Assembly (NCBI GenBank): GCA_021811085.1
Contig: JAJZPQ010000001.1
Coordinates: forward strand, 1,946-65,945
Length of the DNA stretch: 64,000 nucleotides
Reading direction: 5' to 3'
From: Pseudomonadota bacterium
GTDB lineage: Bacteria; Pseudomonadota; Gammaproteobacteria; Burkholderiales; SG8-39
The translations under genes were made by a program, and so were the position numbers. How positions within the stretch are numbered: the first letter of the stretch is position 1; every line of letters starts with the position of its first letter. Under the pieces are notes generated by a model. That model worked only from the letters and a program-made list of their open reading frames with translations. It did no database searches and had not been told where the DNA came from. Below are positions 36,937-48,114 of this stretch, in pieces.

Positions 36937-38743
36937 CGCGTCGTCTCTGAGCACCGCGGGAGCCGGCGAATCCGCGGCGCCGCCCGTGGACGAAGACCCG
37001 GTGCGGCTTGCCCGCCTGCGACGCTACCAATTCGAACTACTTGCGCGACAGGCGAAGCGCTCGCCATTCGTGATCGCCGTCATCGCCGCAGTTATCGCTT
37101 ACGTTGTTTCGGGCTCCGCGCCGCCGCATCTTGTAGGTTTGTGGGGCCTAGTCCAAATTGTAATGCCGTTTGTGCGGCGAGCTTATGCACGGCGCCAGCT
37201 ACGCGACCCACATATAGACGCGCAACATGCACTGCGCCGCATGGTGTGGTCGGCGTTTTTGGCCGGTGTGATAACCGGGTCGGCAGGCCCCCTGTTTTTT
37301 CCGGCCCTGCACCCCGAGGGCAAGGCGTTGCTTTCCATGATCCTGGTCTGCTGGGTCGCTGGTGGCGTATCCACTTTGGCGGCTTATGCGCGGGTGTTTT
37401 ACGCCTATATCGCGCCGTCGCTGCTGCCGCTGGCAGTGCTGTGGGCGATGCTGGGCGATGCGCAAAGCATCGCGGTCGCAGTGCTGATTCTGCTATTCGG
37501 TCTGATCCAGGTATTTTTCGTGCGCGACAACGAGCGCGTGGTGCGCGAATCCTTCGTCATCCGCTACGACAACGAGCGCCTGCTGGAGGCACTGGAGCGC
37601 GAGCGCCAGGAGGTGCTGTTCGCGCGCGACCGGGCAGAGGCGGCGAACCGCGCCAAGTCGCAATTCCTCGCGGCGGCCAGCCACGACCTGCGCCAGCCCC
37701 TGCATGCGCTGTCGCTGTTCAGCGCGACGCTGATGCTGCGTGCCGCGGACGCTACCACGAGCGAAATTGCGGGCCATATCAACAAGGCGCTAGCCTCGCT
37801 GGCGACGCTGGTGGATTCTCTGCTCGACGTCTCCAAGCTCGACGCGGGGGCGGTGCGGCCGGAATTGCAGCGCGTGAGCGTCAAAGCGCTGATCGAGCGC
37901 ATCGAGGCCGATTACCGGCCGGTGGCGCGCGAAAAAGGATTGACGTTCCGCATCGCGCCGGCAGAGGCACAGATCGAAACGGACCCGGTTCTGCTAGAGC
38001 GCTTGCTGCGCAACCTGATCGACAACGCGTTCAAGTACACCGCAGCGGGCAGCGTAAGCCTGGATGCCGAACTGGACGAGGGTACGGTCTGCATCTCGGT
38101 GCGCGACACCGGACCCGGGATCCCCGAGTCCGAGCGCGAGCGCATATTCGAGGAGTTCTATCAAATCGGCAATCCGGAACGCGACCGCGCGAAGGGGCTC
38201 GGGCTCGGACTTGCGATCGTGCGGCGGCTGGCGCTGTTGCTCGGCTTGGAAGTGCAGCTGGAAAGCCAACCCGGACACGGCTCGTGTTTCGCCGTGACGC
38301 TGCCGCGCATCAACGGCAATGGCGGCGCGCAGCTGCTGCGGCGCCTGCCGCCGGAGGACGAGGCGTCCGCGCTCAGCGGCGTCAAAGTTCTGGTGCTCGA
38401 CGACGAGCCGAGCGTGCGCGTAGGCACGCGCGCGCTGCTCGAGTCCTGGGGCTGCCGCGTCGCGGCCTGCAGCGGCCTGGTCGAAGCGCAGCAGCTGCTC
38501 GACACTTACGCGCCAGAGGTGGATGTCATCGTCGCCGACTTTCGCCTGGCGCAGAATGAGAACGGCATCGACACCGTGCACCGGCTGCGCGCGCGCCTGG
38601 GCAGCGTGCCGGCAATGATCGTGAGCGGCGATACCGCGCCCGAGCGTCTGCGCGCGGCGCAGGCGAGCGGCCTGCCGTTTCTGCACAAACCCGTGTCGGC
38701 CGAGGAACTCAAGCAAGCGCTACTCAGGCTGCTGCGGCGCTAG
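36929..38743 (+). CDS. Hybrid sensor histidine kinase (multi-TM N-terminus, HisKA, HATPase, C-terminal receiver)
   Basis: H-box FLAAASHDLRQPLHAL, then NLIDNAFKYT, DTGPGIP and GLGLGLAIVRR. The receiver reads VLVLDDEPSV...VIVADFRLAQNENG...LHKP. The start is uncertain: TTG 36929 overlaps the regulator stop, and GTG 36986 is an alternative. Confidence 0.85.
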   Translation: MSDASSLSTAGAGESAAPPVDEDPVRLARLRRYQFELLARQAKRSPFVIAVIAAVIAYVVSGSAPPHLVGLWGLVQIVMPFVRRAYARRQLRDPHIDAQHALRRMVWSAFLAGVITGSAGPLFFPALHPEGKALLSMILVCWVAGGVSTLAAYARVFYAYIAPSLLPLAVLWAMLGDAQSIAVAVLILLFGLIQVFFVRDNERVVRESFVIRYDNERLLEALERERQEVLFARDRAEAANRAKSQFLAAASHDLRQPLHALSLFSATLMLRAADATTSEIAGHINKALASLATLVDSLLDVSKLDAGAVRPELQRVSVKALIERIEADYRPVAREKGLTFRIAPAEAQIETDPVLLERLLRNLIDNAFKYTAAGSVSLDAELDEGTVCISVRDTGPGIPESERERIFEEFYQIGNPERDRAKGLGLGLAIVRRLALLLGLEVQLESQPGHGSCFAVTLPRINGNGGAQLLRRLPPEDEASALSGVKVLVLDDEPSVRVGTRALLESWGCRVAACSGLVEAQQLLDTYAPEVDVIVADFRLAQNENGIDTVHRLRARLGSVPAMIVSGDTAPERLRAAQASGLPFLHKPVSAEELKQALLRLLRR

Positions 38744-38744
38744 C

Positions 38745-39005
38745 GCCACGGTATTCCGCATAGCGGTCTCGGCCAGCGTGGTGCGCGAGCGCGATGCGAT
38801 CGTCATCGTGGTTGCCGACGATGGCGCCGGTTTCGACCCCGCCGCAATGCTGCGCGGACACGGGTTGCGCAATATGCGCAGCCGCGCGCAAAGGATAGGC
38901 ATGCGCATCGCCATCGATTCCGCGCGCGGACAGGGCACGCGGGTTACCCTGGAATTCCCGCTGACGCAGACTGCGGCGCTCGCATATGCGGCCGCGCGCG
39001 GCTGA
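38745..39005 (+). pseudogene. 3' remnant of a histidine-kinase gene (HATPase_c G1/G2 region only)
   Basis: The in-frame translation ..VVRERDAIVIVVADDGAGFDPAAMLRGHGLRNMRSRAQRIGMRIAIDSARGQGTRVTLEFPL is the last ~75 residues of a NarX/DesK-type kinase. There is no H-box, N-box or sensor region. It begins directly after the stop of the hybrid kinase. Confidence 0.65.
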
Positions 39006-39173
39006 TGCACATCCCCCGGTGCCCAAGCCGGGGGCCGCGGTGCCGCTACGCGCCGAGCGGGGGTGATAAAATAAAACCCACTGCATCGGGCTCTGCACTG
39101 CGCGCAGCGGCGCGTCCGGACTCATGCGGTGCCTGCGGCGGCATTCGCTCCAGGTAATCCAGGCTGTCTCCCT

Positions 39174-40370
39174 ATGCACTTGCACCTCGATCCGATCGGC
39201 GGCATTGCCGGCGACATGTTCATCGCCGCACTAGTGGATGCGTTTCCCGCGCTTGCTCCGGGATTGCACGCTGCGCTGGGAAAGGTCGGCCTGCCGCCCG
39301 GTGCGCGTTGTGAGCTGCTGGTGCACCACGACGGCACCCTGAGCGGGCGGCGCTTCGCACTCAGCCTGCCTGCCGCATCCGGGCACCACGCGCACGTCGG
39401 GCTGGCCGCGATCCGCGCCGCGCTTGCCGCGATGGATCTGGATGCCGCGGTCGCCGCGCGCGCAGGCGCTATTTTCGCGGTGCTCGCCGAAGCTGAAGCG
39501 CAGGTGCATGGCGTCGGCGTGGACGAAGTCGAGTTCCACGAGGTCGGCGCGCTCGATTCGATCGCCGATATCGTCGGCGCCGCCTGGCTCATCGAGGCGC
39601 TCGCGCCGGCGACCTGGTCGGTCGGCGCGCTGCCGCTGGGCTCCGGGCGGGTGCGGAGCGCGCACGGCATGCTGCCTGTGCCGGCACCGGCCGTGGTCAA
39701 GCTGCTCGAAGGATTTGCGTTTTTCGACGACGGGCTGTCCGGTGAGCGTGTCACGCCTACGGGCGCGGCGATTCTGCGTCATCTGGACTGCGCCTCGAGC
39801 CTCGGGCCGCGCGCGGCGCGACTCAGCGCCGCGGGCCTCGGTTTCGGCACGCGCAAGCTGCGCGGAATTGCGAACGCCTTGCGCGTGCTCGCGTTCGAAG
39901 CCGCGGATGCGCCAGCAACTGAAGAAATCGCATTGCTGACGTTCGAGGTCGACGACCAGACGGCGGAAGATCTTGCGCTGGGTCTGGAGCGCTTGCGCGG
40001 CAGCGCCGGCGTGCTCGATGTGGTGCAAAGTCCGGTGTTCGGCAAGAAAGGCCGCATGGCGACGCAGGTGCAGGTGCTGGCCGAGCCGCAGTCCCTCACA
40101 GCGGTCATCGCGGCCTGCTTTGCCGAGACGACGACTTTGGGCGTGCGGCATCAATTGGTCGCGCGCAGCACGCTCGCGCGCAGCGAGACCGCAGTTGCCG
40201 TTGCCGGCGCCAACGTACGCGTCAAGCTGGCGCGGCGGCCCGATGGCGCACTCAGCGCGAAGGCCGAAAACGATGACGTGCGCGCCGGCGGCGCGCGCAG
40301 CGGCCGAGAGGGCTTGCGCCGCGAGAGCGAGGCCGCCGCGCTGGAGCAGGATGCGAAGCATGCAAAATGA
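39174..40370 (+). CDS. larC: LarC: nickel insertase for the nickel-pincer nucleotide cofactor (DUF111 family), single unsplit ORF
   Basis: Start at MHLHLDPIGGIAGDMFIAALVDAFP (Met16 of ORF 39129..40370), then EVEFHEVGALDSIADIVGAAW. 398 aa. Confidence 0.88.
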   Translation: MHLHLDPIGGIAGDMFIAALVDAFPALAPGLHAALGKVGLPPGARCELLVHHDGTLSGRRFALSLPAASGHHAHVGLAAIRAALAAMDLDAAVAARAGAIFAVLAEAEAQVHGVGVDEVEFHEVGALDSIADIVGAAWLIEALAPATWSVGALPLGSGRVRSAHGMLPVPAPAVVKLLEGFAFFDDGLSGERVTPTGAAILRHLDCASSLGPRAARLSAAGLGFGTRKLRGIANALRVLAFEAADAPATEEIALLTFEVDDQTAEDLALGLERLRGSAGVLDVVQSPVFGKKGRMATQVQVLAEPQSLTAVIAACFAETTTLGVRHQLVARSTLARSETAVAVAGANVRVKLARRPDGALSAKAENDDVRAGGARSGREGLRRESEAAALEQDAKHAK

Positions 40371-41196
40371 ATCGATTCCCGCCAAGCTGGGCGAGCTCGA
40401 AGCGCTGCTGCACGCGATAGGCGGGACGCGCGAGGTTGCAGTCGCGGTCTCGGGCGGCGTCGACAGCGTCACGCTGGCTGCGCTCGCGCATGCGACGCTG
40501 GGGAACCGGGCGGTGATGTATCACGCGCAATCGGCGGCGGTGCCGTTTGAAGCGACGACGCGCGTGCAGGCCATGGCGGCCGCGCGCGCCTGGCGCCTGC
40601 AGGTGTTCGACGCGGGCGAATTCGGGCGCAGCGAATACCTCGCCAACCCGGTCGATCGCTGTTTTCACTGCAAGACCAGCCTGTATGCGGCCATGCGCGC
40701 GCGTACCGACGCACAACTCGTATCCGGCACCAACCTCGACGACTTGGGCGAGTACCGCCCCGGATTGCGCGCGGCGAACGAGCATGCCGTGCGCCATCCC
40801 TATGTGGAGGTGGGCGCGGACAAGCAGACGGTGCGCGCGATGGCGCGCGCGCTCGGCCTCGGCAGCGTGGCGGAATTGCCCGCCGCGCCATGTCTCGCGA
40901 GCCGCATCGAAACCGGCATAGGCATCGATGCGGCGATGCTCACGCTGGTGCATGCGAGCGAGCGCCTGGTCGGCACTGCAGTGGCGGCGCGCACGGTGCG
41001 CTGCCGCGTGCGCGCGGCGGGCGTGGTGCTGGAACTCGATGCCGACGCGCTGGAGGGTATCGACGCGCAACGGCGCGCCGAACTGGCCGAAGAGGTCGGC
41101 GGCATTTTTGCCGACGGGGGTTACGCGCGCACAGTCAGCTTCGCGCCCTATCGTAACGGCAGCGCTTTCCTGGTGCGAGACGATGAGCGTTCCTGA
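40360..41196 (+). CDS. larE: LarE: ATP-dependent sulfur transferase (PP-loop)
   Basis: Start at MQNESIPAKL (overlaps the larC end by 11 nt). PP-loop is VAVSGGVDSV; the motif AAPCLASRIETG is also present. Confidence 0.85.
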   Translation: MQNESIPAKLGELEALLHAIGGTREVAVAVSGGVDSVTLAALAHATLGNRAVMYHAQSAAVPFEATTRVQAMAAARAWRLQVFDAGEFGRSEYLANPVDRCFHCKTSLYAAMRARTDAQLVSGTNLDDLGEYRPGLRAANEHAVRHPYVEVGADKQTVRAMARALGLGSVAELPAAPCLASRIETGIGIDAAMLTLVHASERLVGTAVAARTVRCRVRAAGVVLELDADALEGIDAQRRAELAEEVGGIFADGGYARTVSFAPYRNGSAFLVRDDERS

Positions 41197-41857
41197 AATC
41201 CGCCCCGATGCGGGCCGCGCCGAGCGCATCGGCCTGGATGAGGCCATATTCTGTGCGGGAAAGAGCGTGAGCCAGATCGAGGCCATCCTGCACGAGGCGC
41301 GTCAGCGCGGCGCGGGACTCCTGCTCACGCGCCTCGCTGCGGCGCAACTGCAGGAACTTTCCGCCGAGGCGCGTGCTGCGCTCGACTACGATGTGCTCTC
41401 CGGCACCGCGTTTTTCGGCGCGACGCACCCGCGTGCAGGCGATACCGGCACGCGTGTTGCGATCCTCTCGGCCGGCACTTCCGATCTGCCCGCGGCGCGC
41501 GAAGCCCAGCGCACGCTTGCCTGGTACGGCGAGCCGGCCGCCGAATTCCACGATGTAGGCGTAGCCGGCCTGTGGCGCCTGACCGAGCGGCTGGAGGAAA
41601 TCCGCCGCTACCCGGTGCTGATCGTCGCGGCCGGCATGGACGCGGCGCTCGCGAGCGTGGTCGGGGGCCTGGTGCGCGGCTGCATCATCGGTTTGCCGAC
41701 CTCGGTAGGCTACGGGGTCGCCAGCGGCGGGCGCACGGCGCTCGATGCAATGCTCGCGAGCTGCGCGCCGGGCCTCGCGGTGGTGAACATAGACAACGGC
41801 TACGGCGCCGCCTGCGTCGCGCTGCGCATGCTGCGCGCATTTGCGCCGGCGAGATAA
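41183..41857 (+). CDS. larB: LarB: NaAD carboxylase/hydrolase (PurE/AIRC-like)
   Basis: Start at MSVPEIRPD (overlaps the larE end by 14 nt). VAILSAGTSDLPAAREA and LIVAAGMDAALASVVGGL are typical of the AIR-carboxylase fold. Confidence 0.85.
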   Translation: MSVPEIRPDAGRAERIGLDEAIFCAGKSVSQIEAILHEARQRGAGLLLTRLAAAQLQELSAEARAALDYDVLSGTAFFGATHPRAGDTGTRVAILSAGTSDLPAAREAQRTLAWYGEPAAEFHDVGVAGLWRLTERLEEIRRYPVLIVAAGMDAALASVVGGLVRGCIIGLPTSVGYGVASGGRTALDAMLASCAPGLAVVNIDNGYGAACVALRMLRAFAPAR

Positions 41858-41876
41858 ATCAAGAGGAGCGGGCGCG

Positions 41877-43157
41877 ATGCACGTCGATCTACGATACGGC
41901 AAAGGCGGTTTTCGCCTCGAGCTCGATCCCGCTTGGGACGTGACCGTCATCCGCAAACCCGAGATGCCGCTGCTCGCCGACGCGGCGGGCGCGGTGCGCG
42001 CCGCGCTCGCCGCACCGGTAGGCGCAAAGCCGCTGGCGGAACTGGCGCGCGGCGCGAACAGCGCCTGCATCCTGGTGTGCGACATCACGCGTCCGGTGCC
42101 CAATGGCCTGTTCCTGCCGATCATGCTGCGCCAGCTGCTGGATGCGGGTGTCCCCGCCGCCGGCATCACCATCCTCGTTGCGACGGGCCTGCACCGGCCC
42201 AACGAAGGCGAGGAATTGGCCGAGCTGGTGGGCGACCCCTGGGTGATGCAGACGGTGCAGGTCGTAAACCATTTCGCGCGCAACGACGCCGACCACGTCG
42301 ATTTCGGCACGACTGCGCGCGGCACGCCGGTGAGACTCGACCGGCGCTTCGTCGAAGCAGACCTGCGCATCGCCACCGGCCTGGTCGAACCGCATTTCAT
42401 GGCCGGCTACTCGGGCGGGCGCAAGGTGATCGCGCCCGGGGTCGCGCACAAGGACACCATCACGACTTTCCACAGCGCGCGCTTCATGGCGCATCCGCGC
42501 GCCGCGAATTGCGTGCTCGAAGGCAATCCGCTGCACGAGGAACAGCTGGAGATCATGCGCATGCTCGGCGGGGCGCTCGCGCTGAACACCGTCATCGACG
42601 AACATCGCCGGCTGTCGTTCGTGAACTTCGGCGAAGTGGTGCAAAGCCATCTGCTTGCGGTGGACTTCATCCGCCGTTATGCGGTGGTGCCGATCGGGCG
42701 CAAGTTTTCTACTGTCGTCACCAGCGCGGCGGGCTATCCGCTGGACAAGACCTATTACCAGACCGTGAAAGGCATGGTCGCGCCCATCGACATCCTTGCA
42801 CCGGGCGGCGACCTGTTGATCGTGTCGGAGTGCGCCGAGGGCATGGGCTCGCCCGAGTACGTCGAGGCGCAGCGGCGGCTGCTGGGTCTGGGGCCCGACG
42901 GCTTCATGGCCGACATCAGCGCCAAGCGCTACGCCGACATCGACGAATGGCAGACGCAGATGCAGCTCAAGCCGATGCGCGGCGGCACGGTGCACCTGTA
43001 CAGCGAAAAGCTCGCGGCCGAAGCCTGGAGCCTCACCGGCGTGCACAGGATGGACTCGGTGCCCGAGGCGATACGCGCGAGCGTGCAGCGCAGCGGCGAC
43101 CGCCATATTGCCGTGATACCGGAAGGGCCTTACGTGGTGCCGGAATACCGTCCTTAA
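41877..43157 (+). CDS. larA: LarA-family nickel-pincer-dependent 2-hydroxyacid racemase/epimerase (substrate unassigned)
   Basis: 426 aa with SD AAGAGGAG at 41861-41868. By my count the protein has R72, H106, H173, K183, H199 and Y294-Q295-x-x-K298. These mirror L. plantarum LarA R75, H108, H174, K184, H200, Y294, Q295 and K298. Confidence 0.88.
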   Translation: MHVDLRYGKGGFRLELDPAWDVTVIRKPEMPLLADAAGAVRAALAAPVGAKPLAELARGANSACILVCDITRPVPNGLFLPIMLRQLLDAGVPAAGITILVATGLHRPNEGEELAELVGDPWVMQTVQVVNHFARNDADHVDFGTTARGTPVRLDRRFVEADLRIATGLVEPHFMAGYSGGRKVIAPGVAHKDTITTFHSARFMAHPRAANCVLEGNPLHEEQLEIMRMLGGALALNTVIDEHRRLSFVNFGEVVQSHLLAVDFIRRYAVVPIGRKFSTVVTSAAGYPLDKTYYQTVKGMVAPIDILAPGGDLLIVSECAEGMGSPEYVEAQRRLLGLGPDGFMADISAKRYADIDEWQTQMQLKPMRGGTVHLYSEKLAAEAWSLTGVHRMDSVPEAIRASVQRSGDRHIAVIPEGPYVVPEYRP

Positions 43158-43171
43158 GTCGGCGCGCCGAT

Positions 43172-44341
43172 TCAGTCGGGCAATCGATCCAGCTCGGCCA
43201 GGATTTCGGCCGTGTGTTCGCCCAGCGCGGGCGCGGGCCGGCGGAAGCCTCCGGGCGAATGCGATAGCCGCGGCACGATGTTGTGCATGGGCACGCTGCC
43301 CATGCTGCGGTCTTCCATTTCCACGATTACCTCGCGCCCCTTGGCGTAGGGGTGATCGATCAGATCGGCCACCGAGCATACCGGGCCGACGGTGACGCCG
43401 GCGGCCTCGAACAGCGCCAGGTTTTCGGCCTGCGTGCGTGCGCCGATGAATGCGCCGATGATCGCGTCCAGTTCGTCGCGATGCGCGACGCGCGCGTCAT
43501 TCGTGGCATAGCGCGGATCGGTCTTGAGTTCGGGCCGGCCGATCGTGTCGAGTATGCGCATCGCCATGGATTGCATCGATCCGGACATCGCGACGAACTG
43601 GCCGTCGCTGCAGCGATAGACGTTGCGCGGCGCGGTATGGGTGGATTGGTTGCCGGCGCGCATGGTCGGCACGCCGGTCAGCTGATACTTCGCCGCTTCC
43701 GAGGCGATCACGGAAAAGATCGACTCGAACAGCGACAAGTCGACCACCTGTCCGCGACCCTCTTTTTCCGCGACGCGCAAAGCGGTGAGCACCCCGGCAG
43801 CGCCATAGACGCCGGCGACCATGTCCGCGAGCGCGAGCGGCGGCAGCACCGGCGGCCGGTCGGGATAGCCGTTCAGATAGGCGAAACCGGACATCGCCTC
43901 GACCAGCGTGCCGAATCCCGGCTTGTGGCTGTACGGACCGGTCTGTCCCCAGCCCGAAATGCGCACGATCACCAGGGCCGGATTGAGCTGCAGCAGATGC
44001 TCCGGCGCAAGGCCCATTTTTTCCAGGCCGCCGGGGACGAAATTCTCGATGAAGATCTGCGAGTGGCGCACGAGCTTGCGCAGCTGCCGCATGCCGTCTT
44101 CCGACTTGAGATCGAGCACCAGCGAGCGCTTGTTGCGCCCGTAGACCTTCCAATAGATCTCCTCTCCCTTCTCGCGCCAGCTGCGCAAGTCGTCGCCGGC
44201 CCCCGCGCGCTCGACTTTGATTACGTCGGCGCCGAAATCCGCCAGGAAAACCGAGAGCATATTGCCCGCCGCCAGGCGCGACAGGTCGAGTACCCGCACC
44301 CCCTGCAGGGGTCCGGGCGTGTTCGCATCAAATTGCTTCAT
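43172..44341 (-). CDS. Family III (CaiB/BaiF) CoA-transferase
   Basis: 389 aa with LQGVRVLDLSRLAAGNMLSVFLADFGADVIKVE. Convergent with larA across a 14-nt spacer. Confidence 0.88.
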   Translation of the reverse strand: MKQFDANTPGPLQGVRVLDLSRLAAGNMLSVFLADFGADVIKVERAGAGDDLRSWREKGEEIYWKVYGRNKRSLVLDLKSEDGMRQLRKLVRHSQIFIENFVPGGLEKMGLAPEHLLQLNPALVIVRISGWGQTGPYSHKPGFGTLVEAMSGFAYLNGYPDRPPVLPPLALADMVAGVYGAAGVLTALRVAEKEGRGQVVDLSLFESIFSVIASEAAKYQLTGVPTMRAGNQSTHTAPRNVYRCSDGQFVAMSGSMQSMAMRILDTIGRPELKTDPRYATNDARVAHRDELDAIIGAFIGARTQAENLALFEAAGVTVGPVCSVADLIDHPYAKGREVIVEMEDRSMGSVPMHNIVPRLSHSPGGFRRPAPALGEHTAEILAELDRLPD

Positions 44342-44371
44342 AACTTCCTTTCTGCATTGGCACTGACGAGG

Positions 44372-46539
<2,168 letters not shown>

Positions 46540-46540
<1 letters not shown>

Positions 46541-48114
46541 CAGCGGCGCCAGCCGCGCAGGCGCGCGAACAGGGCGTCGGTGGAGGCGTCCAGCCCGGTC
46601 GCCGCCGTGCCCGTGGCCGGCTGCGCCGCGAGCGTGCGCGCGATTTCCTTGCCCAATTCCACGCCCCACTGGTCGAAGCTGTTGATGTTCCAGATGATGC
46701 CCTGCACGAACACCTTGTGCTCGTACAGCGCGAGCAGCTGTCCCATGGTGTGGGCATCCAGCGTCTGGAACAGGATGGTCGAAGAAGGCCGGTTGCCGTC
46801 GAAGCGCTTTTGCGCAATTGCCGCGTCCTTGCCCGCCATCAAAGCCGCGGCCTGCGCCAGGGCATTCTCCGCCGCGGCGGCGGTATTTGCGCCGGGCACG
46901 AGGAAATCGCAAGGTATCAATTGCGTGCCCTGGTGCAGCAGCTGATGAAACGCGTGCTGGCTGTTGGTGCCGACCGAGCCCCAGAGCACGGGCGCCGTGG
47001 CGTAATCGACGCGCTGTCCGTCGCGATCGACGCACTTGCCGTTCGATTCCATTTCCAGCTGCTGCAGGTAAGCGGGCAGCTCGCGCAGCGCTTCGGCGTA
47101 GGGCAGTACCGCGTGCGTCGCGGCACCGAAGAAATTCGTGTACCAGATGCCCAGCAGCGCCAGCAGCACCGGCATGTTGGCGGCGAGCGGCGCGGCGAGG
47201 AAATGCGCGTCCATCGCGCGCGCGCCCGCGAGCAGCTGCTCGAAGCGGTCCATGCCGATCGCGATCGCGAGCGGCAGTCCCACCGAGGACCAGACCGAAT
47301 AGCGTCCGCCGACCCAGTCCCACAGCGGAAAACACAACTCGGGCGCAATGCCGAATTCGCCCGCGGCCTTGACGTTGGCGGTCGCCGCGGCGAAATGTTT
47401 CATCACCGCGGTTTCGCTGCCCAGCCCCTGGGTCAGCCAGGCGCGCGCCAGTTTCGCGTTGCCCAGCGTTTCGCCGGTGGTGAACGTCTTGGAGGCGACG
47501 ATGAACAGCGTCGTCTCGGGCTCGGCGTGCACGAGCGCGTGCGCAAGGTCGTCCGGGTCCGCGTTGGCGACGAAACGCACGGCTTGCGGCGCATCCGCGT
47601 GGCGCCACAGCGCCTGCGTGAGCATGCGCGGGCCGAGGTCGGAGCCGCCGATGCCGATGTTGATCACGGTGCGCATCGGTTTGCCGCTGTGGCCGAGCAG
47701 CCGATCGCCGCGCAGCGCGTCGCTGAACGCGCGCATGCGCTGGCGCGCCGCGCGCACCAGCGGCATCACGTCGTTGCCGGCGGGGAACGCTTGCGCCTCG
47801 GCGCGCAGCGCCACATGCAGCACGGCGCGGTCTTCGCTCGCATTGATGTGTTCGCCCGCGAACATGCGCGCGCGCCAGCCTTCGACATCGGCCTGGCGCG
47901 CGAGGTCGGCGAGCAGCGCGAGCGTCGTGCCGGTGATGCGGTGCTTGGAGTAATCGAGCAGCAGCGCGCCCGCTTCGAGCGAGAATTCGCGCGCGCGTTC
48001 GGGCTCGCGCGCGAACAAGTCGCGCATTTGCAGCGGCGCGATTTCGGCTTGATGCTGCTGCAGCGCTTTCCACGCCGCGCTTTGCGTCAACTTGCTCGGG
48101 ACGGGCTGGTTCAT
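46540..48114 (-). CDS. pgi: Glucose-6-phosphate isomerase
   Basis: 524 aa from [19 protein letters not shown], with [31 protein letters not shown] and [11 protein letters not shown]. Confidence 0.95.

Noticed and set aside
39006-39173. Possible nickel/cobalt riboswitch or other leader upstream of larC
   Set aside because: I see only a hairpin after the kinase remnant (cccccgg...ccggggg, about 39012-39033), an AT-rich patch (GATAAAATAAAAC) that could be a -10 element, and a CTGCGCGCAG palindrome. I cannot match these to any riboswitch consensus from memory; an Rfam scan would be needed.
43172-44341. Apparent absence of the G-x-D catalytic Asp motif in the second CoA-transferase (reads PGFGTLVEAMSG where the first paralogue has PALDLILQAESG)
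   Set aside because: This rests on a by-eye alignment only. I believe the GFG..xEAMxG variant is common in proteobacterial family III members, so I do not claim loss of activity. A proper alignment to Frc or CaiB would settle it.
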